Source of the DNA: Sedimentisphaerales bacterium
GTDB taxonomy: Bacteria > Planctomycetota > Phycisphaerae > Sedimentisphaerales > Anaerobacaceae
DNA: 64,000 bases
NCBI GenBank assembly: GCA_963708075.1
Contig: OY970194.1
Coordinates: forward strand, 4,160,001 to 4,224,000
Direction of reading: 5' to 3'
The notes beneath the pieces were generated by a model, which saw only the letters and a program-made list of their open reading frames with translations, searched no databases and was not told where the DNA came from. Below are positions 24,923 to 33,993 of the stretch, piece after piece. Every line of letters begins with the position of its first letter. Position 1 is the stretch's first letter. Position numbers and translations under genes: made by a program.

Positions 24923-24958
24923 GATCCGTGGGTTTCTTAAGAGAACGATCCGACGAGT

Positions 24959-27103
24959 ATGTACAGACGTCTTATCATTTTGAGCCTTGTCATCGTGGCC
25001 GCCGTGTGCGGGCTCGGGGGGCTCGGCTATCATGCTGTGGCCAAGTGGGCACAGGGTCTGGAGGGGGCCCGGCTGGGCGAGTTCGCCGAGGTGGCGGAGC
25101 AAATCCGTCAGGACGTCAAGCGGAAGCTCGATGAGTTCATCGAGGCCGAGCAGCAGCGAAAGTACACGGATTATCTGTACTACTATGTGCCCGAGAACAT
25201 GGCGGAGATGCAGCAACAGCAGTTGCCGCTGCTTCGGTCGCCGCTGGGCAACCAGTTGTCCAACAGCTTCGCCTACGGCTACTTCCAGATCGAGGGCGAT
25301 GGCAGCATCGTCACGCCGTACTACCCAGGCACACTGCCCCGGATGGACCAGGGCAGTGCGATGACAGACGAGGTGGAGCGTCAAGGGAGGAACATCAAGG
25401 ACAATGTGCTGCCGTCGATCACCCGCAGATCGGGTGTCTTGCGATTGCCCGACCAGCAGATGACACAGCAGGCCGAGAGTCAGAGCCCGCAGTTGACTTC
25501 GCTCCGGGACAATCAAACATCGGAAAACAACACCGTTGTGAAAGGCAAAGGCGCGCGCAGCAAGGCCTACCCGATCGAAAGCTTGAACAAGGAGGCCCAG
25601 GCGTCGCAGGTCATCAGGCAGCAGCGACTCTTTGTCAACTCGAACCAGGTCCAGGCCGTCCCGCCTCCATCGCAACCACCGACTGAGACACAAGCAGGTC
25701 CAGCCGAACAGGTTGCGCCCATGCCAGCCCAGCGGGGGCAAGTTGCAGAGCCATCCGCAGCGGCTCAGGAGCAGACTCAGGTGGCAGCCGCCCTGCCACC
25801 GCAGGATCAGCGGGACCTCTCCACCTCGTCCGGCATCCAGGCGGATTTGCAGCAGGCAAAGGACCTCTCCGAGATGGTGCAGATCCGCATCGAGCCGTTC
25901 GTGCCTCTCATCGTACCTGGCGTAAACCCGGAGACCTCCATCTTCGGCGGGCAGGTTTTCCTGCTGCGGCACGTGCAGATCGAGGACAGGCACCTTCTCC
26001 AGGGCTTTCAGTTGGATGAGCAGAGGCTCGTCACGGAGATCGAGGAATCGGCCGGACGATTCATGCGGGACGGCATGGGTTTCGAGTTGCCGCGGGTCAC
26101 CAAGGCGAGCGGGTACGTAGACGACGTCGGTGAGAAAGCCGCGTATACAGCCATCCTCGACTTCGGTTTTGGGGATCTCGCCCTGAGCCTCAAGGAGCTC
26201 GACCCCGCCTGGATCACCAAGCGAAGCGGGGAATTGCACCGGATTTACTTCGGGATTCTCGCGACCGTCGTGGCCGCCGTCACGCTGGCCCTGGTGAGCC
26301 TGTGGCACAACGTGCGGGCCCAAATCATACTGGCGAGGAAGAAGGACGACTTCATCTCGGCTGTCTCGCACGAGCTGAGAACACCTCTGACCTCGATTCG
26401 CATGTACTCGGAGATGCTGGAAAGGAACTGGATCAAGTCGCCGGACAAGCTGGGCGAGTATTACCGGAATATGCGGCAGGAGAGCGAACGGCTCAGCCGG
26501 CTTGTGGAGAACGTGCTCGATTTTGCGCGACTGCAAAAGGGTCGCAAGCGCTACGCCTTCCGGCTTGGCAACCTGAATGACTGCGTCGCCGAGGTCGTGG
26601 AGATGATGAAGCCCTATGCGGAGCAGCGCGGGTTCACCATCCGGACCGATTTCGAGCCGCTGGGCCAGACGCCATTCGACAAGGACGCCGTCACGCAAAT
26701 CGTCGTGAACCTGATCGACAACGCCGTCAAGTACGCCGCCTGTGCGACGGACAAGACCATCGCCGTGCACACGCGAGGACAAGACAGCTTCACCATCATC
26801 GAGGTCGAGGACCACGGCCCGGGCGTCCCCCATCGCCAGCGCAGGAAGGTCTTCGAGGAGTTCTATCGCATAGAAAGTGGGAAGTTTGAAGTGTCAAGTG
26901 TGAAGCCCAGAGAGCCTCTTCACACTTCAAACTTGAAACTTGACACTTCAAACTCGCCTCAAGTCACAGGCACCGGCCTGGGCCTGACGCTGGTCAAACG
27001 CTTCGCCGAAGCCCACGGCGGCTACGTCGAGATCGACTCCGCCCAGCCCACCGGCGCCATCTTCCGCGTCGCCCTCGCCACGCACCTTTTGCCCGCCTCA
27101 TAG
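24959..27103 (+). CDS. Membrane sensor histidine kinase (HisKA + HATPase_c) with a large Gln/Pro-rich extracytoplasmic region
   Basis: Two TM helices; SHELRTPLT, NLIDNAVKY, DHGPGV, GTGLGL. Confidence 0.95.
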   Translation: MYRRLIILSLVIVAAVCGLGGLGYHAVAKWAQGLEGARLGEFAEVAEQIRQDVKRKLDEFIEAEQQRKYTDYLYYYVPENMAEMQQQQLPLLRSPLGNQLSNSFAYGYFQIEGDGSIVTPYYPGTLPRMDQGSAMTDEVERQGRNIKDNVLPSITRRSGVLRLPDQQMTQQAESQSPQLTSLRDNQTSENNTVVKGKGARSKAYPIESLNKEAQASQVIRQQRLFVNSNQVQAVPPPSQPPTETQAGPAEQVAPMPAQRGQVAEPSAAAQEQTQVAAALPPQDQRDLSTSSGIQADLQQAKDLSEMVQIRIEPFVPLIVPGVNPETSIFGGQVFLLRHVQIEDRHLLQGFQLDEQRLVTEIEESAGRFMRDGMGFELPRVTKASGYVDDVGEKAAYTAILDFGFGDLALSLKELDPAWITKRSGELHRIYFGILATVVAAVTLALVSLWHNVRAQIILARKKDDFISAVSHELRTPLTSIRMYSEMLERNWIKSPDKLGEYYRNMRQESERLSRLVENVLDFARLQKGRKRYAFRLGNLNDCVAEVVEMMKPYAEQRGFTIRTDFEPLGQTPFDKDAVTQIVVNLIDNAVKYAACATDKTIAVHTRGQDSFTIIEVEDHGPGVPHRQRRKVFEEFYRIESGKFEVSSVKPREPLHTSNLKLDTSNSPQVTGTGLGLTLVKRFAEAHGGYVEIDSAQPTGAIFRVALATHLLPAS

Positions 27104-27188
27104 CCCTTCCACCTCGGCCCTCCAGATCAGCTTCGTCTCGCATGGGGTAGGGATTTGGGCTATATCGGGTTAGAAAGGAGCCGTGGCT

Positions 27189-27460
27189 ATGAAGCTCAGT
27201 GAACGAATCAAGCCAGTCAGTTATCTGAAGGCCCACACGGACAGGATCATACGCGAGTTGAGCACAAAGCGCGGGACCATGGTGATCACGCAGAATGGTC
27301 ACCTGAACTTGAGCGTGTCGGCGTGCGCGGCTACAGGGAAGTCCACTTTAAGCCTTACAGGATTATCTACCAGATCGTGGGGAGGAAGGTGTTCATTCAT
27401 TGTGTTCTGGATGGACGCCGGGCTGTGCAGGAGGTTCTTGAACGTCGTCTGCTCCGTTAA
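27189..27460 (+). pseudogene. Phd/YefM antitoxin N-terminus joined out of frame to a ParE/RelE toxin C-terminus (deleted TA operon)
   Basis: MKLSERIKPVSYLKAH...MVITQNG, then in another frame PELERVGVRGYREVHFKPYRIIYQIVGRKVFIHCVLDGRRAVQEVLERRLLR*. Confidence 0.82.
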
Positions 27461-27520
27461 CATCCAGCCAAATGATCCGGTTGAAATGGCAACAGACAAG
27501 ACCGGCTGCGTAGGCCAATA

Positions 27521-28000
27521 TCACTCTTCTTCCGGGGCGCCGGGGGTGAAGCAGACGAGGGCGATCAGGACCAGACCGGCGCCGGCGATGAACAGGGTGA
27601 TTCGCTTGGGGGGATCGCTGCACCGTTGCAGCCAGACTGGGATTTCCGGGGCGTCGGGCTCCTGCTCGGCCTCCGCTACCAGGGCCTTTCGGGCAATCGC
27701 CAGCTCGCCGGCCCGGGCCTTGGGATAGACGGTGTTCGGATCGTTGGGCTCGGTCCCCAGGGTCACAGGCACGATGCGCTGGAGCAGGTCAGGGTCCTTC
27801 TCCAACTCCTGCAACAGGGCATCATACTCGGCGTTGAGCGACTCAAGCTGTTTGAGGGACGATTGTGCTTCCCGGAGATAGCTCTTGTTGCGGCAGTACT
27901 GGGTGAAATCATCGCACAGGACCGCCCCGCCCAGCGCGACGGCACCGATGCTGAAGAACACCACAAAGAAAAGGAGGTGGAGAATCCCTTGCCTCTGCAT
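27521..28000 (-). CDS. Membrane protein with coiled coil, FtsB/DivIC (septum formation initiator)-like
   Basis: N-terminal TM, heptad coiled coil, LEKDPDLLQRIVPVTLG resembling the FtsB L..DP..IE..AR..LG motif, and a second C-terminal TM. Confidence 0.6.
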   Translation of the reverse strand: MQRQGILHLLFFVVFFSIGAVALGGAVLCDDFTQYCRNKSYLREAQSSLKQLESLNAEYDALLQELEKDPDLLQRIVPVTLGTEPNDPNTVYPKARAGELAIARKALVAEAEQEPDAPEIPVWLQRCSDPPKRITLFIAGAGLVLIALVCFTPGAPEEE

Positions 28001-28264
28001 GGCAGACCACCAATTGCGGATTGCGGATTTCGGATTGCGGATTCACGACGCGGCTTCGATCCGCAAGTCCATCATTGGCCCAATCCATTCATCCATACAC
28101 ACAGGGTGCGCTTGATCCGGTCGCCGCAGCGCCCTGCAACCTATCCGGCTTATCGGCCGCCGCCGGGCTCGTTCTGAAATGTTTCTCGGACTAAAAGAAA
28201 TGCGGATTGCGGATCGGGGTCAAAGGCCCAATCCGCAATCCGCAATCATCAATCTGCAATCAAC

Positions 28265-31014
28265 TTATACGGGGTAAACCGGCAGTTGGGCCCGGAGCAG
28301 CTCGTAGATGGTCTTGCCGCTCTTGACGCACACCGCCGCACTCTGGCGATACTGGGTGGTAAGCTGGTCGAAGTCCAGCTTCTTGAGATCCGCCAGACTC
28401 TTTTTGCCGCCGTTGGCCACGATGAACTTGGCCATGGTGTCGCTGGCGATGTCCCGCATGAGCTGCCAGAGCTCCCGGCCGTCCGCCGCCGCGACCGCCC
28501 GGCCCAGGGCCAGCGACATCGACAGGATGGCGTTCATGCCCAGCAGGCCCTTGCGCTGCATGGCGTGGATCTTCTCCTCTTTCGAGGCGTCCTTGCTGAT
28601 CCGGCCGGCAGCGATCGCCTGCTCGAGTTCCAGCCCGAGGAGCTGACGGTCGGTGTCGAGGAGCGAGCCCAGCGTACCGACTCGCTTGCCGACGAAGGCC
28701 TTGGCGAGCACGGTTTCGATGTGCTGGACGGCGTCCATGCAACCCTTGCCGTCGTATCGCCGGGACTTCTTCCAGAGGGCCATGAGCTTCTCATCGTTCT
28801 TGGCCCGGACCGCGTCCACCTTGACGTCCTTCTTGAATCGGAAGGTGCCGTCGCCGGCGGCCTTGAACAGGTCGGGATACTTCTTGACCGTATCGGACGG
28901 CTCGATGATGCTGTCCACATAGTGGATGGCTTCGTCCTCGCCGGCGCTGGTGCCCAGAGGGGTCGAGCCCTTGAAGCGAATGATGCCGCTTCGGCCGAGG
29001 AACAACGTGGCGGCCGCCGACGGGATACCGGCGTTGGTCGCCTCTTCCGTACCACTGACGGCCTCGATGGCCAGCATCTTCATCAGGAGGCTGGTCAGAT
29101 CGATGTCGCCCGCCTTCGCGGAGATGGTGCAGTCGTCTTTGCCGGTGAGGATCTTGACCAGCTCTTTGACGCTCTCTTCGATTTCCTTGCGCTCTTTGGC
29201 TGTCGTTTCGCGCTGCGAGGCTCGAGCCAGGGCGAGGATTTCCATCATGCGCCCGTACTTCTGGAGGCGTTCGGTGTTGGCGCCGCCGCCGCACTTGACG
29301 CCCAAGGCGTTCATCGCGGTGCCGATTTCCGCCTCGAACGGGTCGTTCGGGCTCTTGGACCGGTGGGAGATCACCAGCTCGGCGCCGTAGGCCAGCGAGG
29401 TCAGCATGGCCAGCACGGTCTCGGTCAGGGTTCCAATCTGGTTGGCCTTGATCAGCGAGGCGTTGATTTCGCCGTTCTTGGCGCACTTTTCAATGTTCGA
29501 GTCCTTGGTGGTGACCAGGTCGTCGCCGATGATGAAGATCTTGTCGCCAAGCTCTTTCACCAGGTTTTTCCAGCCCTGGTGGTCGCGCTCGCCGAATCCG
29601 TCTTCGATGGACAGGATCGGGATGCCTTCTTCCATGGACTTCTTGAAGAGGTCCAGGATCTGGTCGCGGCTCATCTCGACCTTGCTCTTGTCGCGCCAGA
29701 AGCGATACATGCCGACGGAATCGGGCTCGCCGCGCTCCTCGCGGTAGGCGTTTTCGAGCTCGGAGCACGCCGGGTCCAGAGCGATCGCGACATCGACGCC
29801 GGGGACCCACTCGCAGTCCAGAATGGCCTGCTTCATGAAGCGCCACATGCGCTGCTCAGGCACCTGGTCTCCCTCTGCCTTATCGACGTAGGGTGCGATG
29901 CCGCCTTCGAGGCCGACACCCATGACCTTGCGCCCGGGGCCGACTCGATGATTTCCTTGAGCCGGTACTGGAGCTTCACGGTCATTTCCTGGGCGTCTTC
30001 GTAGGTCTTCGGGGAAAGCGGCATGAACATGCTTTCCTGCATGGAAATGTTGCTTTCGGGGTATTCCTTCTCGGTGTGCCGGCCGCCCATGGCGCAGTTT
30101 CGGAACTGCCACGGGGCCGCAACGCGGTTGCCGTCCTTGAGGATGATCTGCTGCATGCGCGTGGTCAGCAGCCTCTGCTTCACGGCAGCGACCTGCACGG
30201 GCCAGCTCTCCTTCGAGGCAGCCGCAGCCGCGCGGGCCGCCTGCTCGGCGGCGATCTTCTCGCGGGTGCGGAACTCGCGGAGCTTGCCGGGGTCGGCCAG
30301 CAACCGGTCCAGCATGCCCACGCAACCGGGAGCCAGGAAGAACCGGCCGACGTAGACGAAGAAGTCAACGCCGGTGGAAAGGCCAATGGCGATGAGCACG
30401 ATAGCCGCCGGCAGGCAAACCGCCGCCAGGTATCCGCTCCACACGGGGGCCGACGCCGCGACGGCCAGGTTGTACGGGGCATCGGGGACGAAGTTGCCAT
30501 GCTCTTTCTTGACGCCGTAGAACTTGCCCCACGGAATCAGCAGGAGCATCTGGGCGTAGTAGCCGAACTTACTGCCGCTGCTCTTGAGGATCGCATCGGC
30601 TTTCTCCTGGGAATCCTTATTCAAAGCCGTCAGCTTCGCGGCCGTGAGGAAGTGTCCCATTTCGTGGACGGCAATGGCGATATGCCACGACAGGTAAAGA
30701 ACGGCCAGCGAGATCCACACTTCGATGTGGGTCGGCAGGAACATGAACTGCAGCACGACGGACTTGATGTTCACGCCGGCCTCGGCCTGCTGTCGCAGTT
30801 GCTCGGCCGGCAGGCTCAGCACGGAGGAAATGAAGGCAGCGTGGAAGGAAACCAGCTTGTGGTTCGCGATTACCCAGCCGCGCTCCAGGGCCATCCGCTG
30901 AAGGCCCGCCGCACGGTTCGGCCTGCGGAATATATCACGCACCGCCTGCCACCCGCGGCGCACGATCCCGTTGTTCCGGTGGACTCCCACCTCTGACTCT
31001 GCCAGTTGACTCAT
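28265..31014 (-). CDS. M50-peptidase-like membrane domain fused to a circularly permuted enolase (~916 aa; 1-nt frameshift near 29930)
   Basis: HEMGH in a TM helix; then barrel motifs GGRH, MQESMFMP, VGLEGGIAP, ALDPACSE, SIEDG, GDDL, LIKANQIGTLTET, SHRS, VKCG, ERLQKY; then enolase N-domain motifs PLGTSAGEDEA, RYDGKG, LGMNAILSMSLA. ORFs 29833..31032 and 28265..30325 join at ESAPGA|KVMGVGLEGG. AAGGAG RBS precedes ATG 31014. Confidence 0.88.
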
Positions 31015-31366
31015 TCTCAACTTCTCCTTCATCTATAGCTCGACCCATGTCGGCATTTCAGCCCCAACTGAAAGGCTCATGGGCTCTTACCACCTTGCAG
31101 GACGTGCCTCGTGAAGCCATCCCCCACTTGTCGTGGATTGATGGTTGCGGACTCACCATCTTCCGTGATCCGCCACCAATCCGACCTCCGCAGTCGCTAC
31201 GGGCCCGTGCCATTCCCCGCGCTCGGGGAACACAGAACCATACGAATTCCGCGCGAGAAAGTCAATAGCGATTCCGCAAAGTTCATAGGAGAATCGCGGG
31301 ATTGTGCCGGCGAAGAACGGCGGCGGGACAGCAGCAAACGAAAGACACTCGAAAATGCCATCTGTC

Positions 31367-31696
31367 TTGGGGACCACAGCCTCGCTGTCCCCAAACCCCT
31401 GAGATTTTTCGCTTTGCGCCAACAGCATGGTAGGAGAATGAGGCTGCCCAGTTGCCCTGCCAGCTTCCCATTTTGCTGCCAGGGGCCTTGGGGTAATCTG
31501 CCTTCTGCGGTCGCTTGCCGGCGAGGAGCATCGATGGTATTCTTGCACGTGCCGTTGCGGAGGACAGGGCTCTGCTGAGAAGCAACCCGAGCGCCGTAAC
31601 GGTCCAATGGCATAGCGATGCCGCTTCTTCGGGGCATCGCTCTTCATATCGATGCTGTTGGCAAAAAGCGAAAAATCTCGGGGGTCCGGGGGCAGA
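31367..31696. repeat. Inverted pair of ~45-60-bp palindromic elements (ATGCTGTTGGC..AAAGCGAAAAATCTC.GGGGT..GGGG.CAG)
   Basis: 31367-31428 is the reverse complement of 31652-31696; the right copy is completed at 33284-33294 after the IS. Confidence 0.75.
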
Positions 31697-31697
31697 G

Positions 31698-33282
31698 AGG
31701 CTGTGAAGAAATCGGTCTTGACGGGGATGGTAGAATAACGGGCATGAAAGAGCAAGGAACTCTGCCGGGAATGGAATCTCAGGTTAGTGAGATGGAACAA
31801 GATTCGAGAGACTGTGTGCCTGCGGGTCCGTTGCGGTTTCGTCGGCCGGACCGGTCACAAACGCGGATGGTTCCGTTGTCCCTGGAAGAGACGATCCCGC
31901 CGGGCCATCACGTGCGGGTGCTTTGGGCCGTGGTGGAGCGGCTGGACCTGTCGAAGTTTACCGAGGGACTGAAGGTCAGTGAGGGACAGGCCGGGCGGTC
32001 GGCGACGGACGTTCGCTTGCTGGTGGCATTGTGGTTGTATGCGGCGACCCAGGGGGTGGGCAGCACGCGGGAGTTGGAGCGGCTGTGCGAGCATCATGCG
32101 GCGTATCGCTGGCTGTGCGGCGGGGTTGGCGTGAACTATCACACGTTGAGTGATTTTCGCGTCAGTCATGAAGAGGCGTTGGACGGTCTGATGACCGAGG
32201 TGCTGGCGATGCTGATGGAGCGTAAGCTGGTCAGCGTGCATCGGATCAGCCAGGATGGGATGCGTGTGCGGGCCAGCGCCGGCAAAGGCAGTTTTCGACG
32301 GGAGCGGCGATTGAACGAGTTGCTCGACCAGGCCAAGGGCCAGGTGGAAGCTCTGAAGGCCCAGCGGGAGTCGCCCGCCCTTACGGATCGCCATGCGCGG
32401 CAGGTGGCGGCGAAAGAACGAGCGGCTCGAGAGCGGCTGGAGCGAGTGGAAAAGGCGCTGGGGGCCTTGGAGGAGATCAAGAAGGTCAAAGCCCAAGCGC
32501 GGAACAATCAGCGGGACAAACCCAGCCCGCCGCGTGCCTCGACGACCGACAGTGAAGCCCGTGTGATGAAAATGCCTGATGGCGGCTTTCGTCCAGCCTA
32601 TAACCTGCAGTTTGCCAGCGACACGCAATCGCGGGCGATCCTGGGCGTGGACGTGACCAACGCGGGCACGGACAAGGCCGAGAGTGCGCCGATGCGTGAG
32701 CACGTCGAGGAGCGTACGGACGGCCAGGTGAAGGAGCACTTGATGGATGGAGGCTTTGTCAAGTTGGAGCAGATCCAGGCGGCCGAGCAGGCGGGTGTAC
32801 GCATCTACGCTCCGCCGCAGGGCGGTCGAGGGTGTGTGGACCCCTGTCAGGTGCGTAAGACGGACAGCCCTGAGATCGCCGCCTGGCGGACGCGCATGGC
32901 CAGTGAAGAAGGCAAGAGCATCTATAAGGAACGGGCGGCGACCAGTGAGACGGTCAACGCCGATCTGCGGACCTATCGCGGGTTGGCTCGATTGCTGGTC
33001 CGTGGGCTGCACAAGGTGCGTTGTGTTGCGCTGTGGTCTGCGCTGGCGTACAACATGATACATTTTGGTGAGGCATTATTGGTGGGCTGAGAGTCCAAAA
33101 GGGGCATAGAGTACCGCCCCAGGGCCCGATCGGGCCGGCTGCTGAACTGATGGAGGTTTGGACAAGACAGATCGACCCCTGAACGAACCTGAATAGACTG
33201 AGATCTACAGAATGAACAAGGACCGATCAGGTCGCAGAGATGCAGTCGAACCATCACAGTAATTCGAATTCTCTCACAGCCT
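31698..33282 (+). mobile_element. IS1182-family insertion sequence
   Basis: Terminal inverted repeats AGGCTGTGA / TCACAGCCT with CAGAG on both flanks (31693-31697 and 33283-33287). Confidence 0.88.
31744..33090 (+). CDS. IS1182-family transposase
   Basis: LEETIPPGHHVR, LLVALWLYA, AYRWLCGG, YHTLSDFR, QDGMRVRASA, STTDSEARVMKM, PAYNLQ, LMDGGF, YKERAATSE. The start codon is uncertain. Confidence 0.92.
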   Translation: MKEQGTLPGMESQVSEMEQDSRDCVPAGPLRFRRPDRSQTRMVPLSLEETIPPGHHVRVLWAVVERLDLSKFTEGLKVSEGQAGRSATDVRLLVALWLYAATQGVGSTRELERLCEHHAAYRWLCGGVGVNYHTLSDFRVSHEEALDGLMTEVLAMLMERKLVSVHRISQDGMRVRASAGKGSFRRERRLNELLDQAKGQVEALKAQRESPALTDRHARQVAAKERAARERLERVEKALGALEEIKKVKAQARNNQRDKPSPPRASTTDSEARVMKMPDGGFRPAYNLQFASDTQSRAILGVDVTNAGTDKAESAPMREHVEERTDGQVKEHLMDGGFVKLEQIQAAEQAGVRIYAPPQGGRGCVDPCQVRKTDSPEIAAWRTRMASEEGKSIYKERAATSETVNADLRTYRGLARLLVRGLHKVRCVALWSALAYNMIHFGEALLVG

Positions 33283-33456
33283 CAGAGCCCTCGGTTGTCT
33301 TGTCCCCTGCTTGCGATGTCTCATCCCATAATGACTGCCCTACTGTTGGAGAGTTGGTCCGCACGCGTGTTTTTTGCGATTTTCAGCATTGTGGTCGCAT
33401 TGCGGCCGGGGGCGGGCTCTTTAGAATAGAAGCGCTTCAGTAAAGGGTACCTGAGC

Positions 33457-33993
33457 GTGCAGTCTGATGCAGAATTGATCGAAAGTGTCCTGGCGGGCCG
33501 GGAGCAGGCGTTTGAGCTGTTGGTCAAACGCTACGAGCGATCGGTCCGTGCGACGGCCTTGCACGTCGTGAAAGACCGTCACCTGGTCTTCGATATCGCC
33601 CAGGAGTCGTTCCTGAGGGCCTACCGGCAGTTGGGCCACCTCCAGCAACCGGCGGCTTTCGGGGCCTGGCTCCTGCGGATCACCCATCGTTGTGCCCTGG
33701 ATGCACTGAAAAGAAGGCCCAACGAGGTTCCGCTGGAGCTGGATGAGAGCCTCGGCGTGGCGCCGGAGAGCCGTGACGGGCAACTCGAAGAGGACAAGCG
33801 GGAACTGCTGGCGGCAGTCATGCAACTGCCGGCCGCCGAGCGACAAGTCGTCATGCTTCGGTATTTTGACGGTCATACCGTCAAAGAGGTCGCGAGAATC
33901 GCCGGCCGAAGCGTCGGCACAGTCACCAAACAACTGTCCCGGGCCCACAGACGCCTGCGGAGCATGGTTAAGGAGTTGTACGATGCCTCCTGA
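33457..33993 (+). CDS. ECF RNA polymerase sigma factor
   Basis: SDAELI, AFELLVKRY, DIAQESFLRAY, FGAWLLRI, VKEVARIAGRSVGTVTKQLSRA. Confidence 0.93.
   Translation: MQSDAELIESVLAGREQAFELLVKRYERSVRATALHVVKDRHLVFDIAQESFLRAYRQLGHLQQPAAFGAWLLRITHRCALDALKRRPNEVPLELDESLGVAPESRDGQLEEDKRELLAAVMQLPAAERQVVMLRYFDGHTVKEVARIAGRSVGTVTKQLSRAHRRLRSMVKELYDAS

Noticed and set aside
27183..27728. 181-aa ORF as an extended antitoxin
   Set aside because: It is read-through after a deletion junction into the wrong frame of the toxin remnant and the antisense strand of the next gene.
28265..30325. Ordinary eno gene call
   Set aside because: The domain order is reversed and it is fused to a membrane domain. The first ~130 aa of this ORF are the wrong frame upstream of the indel.
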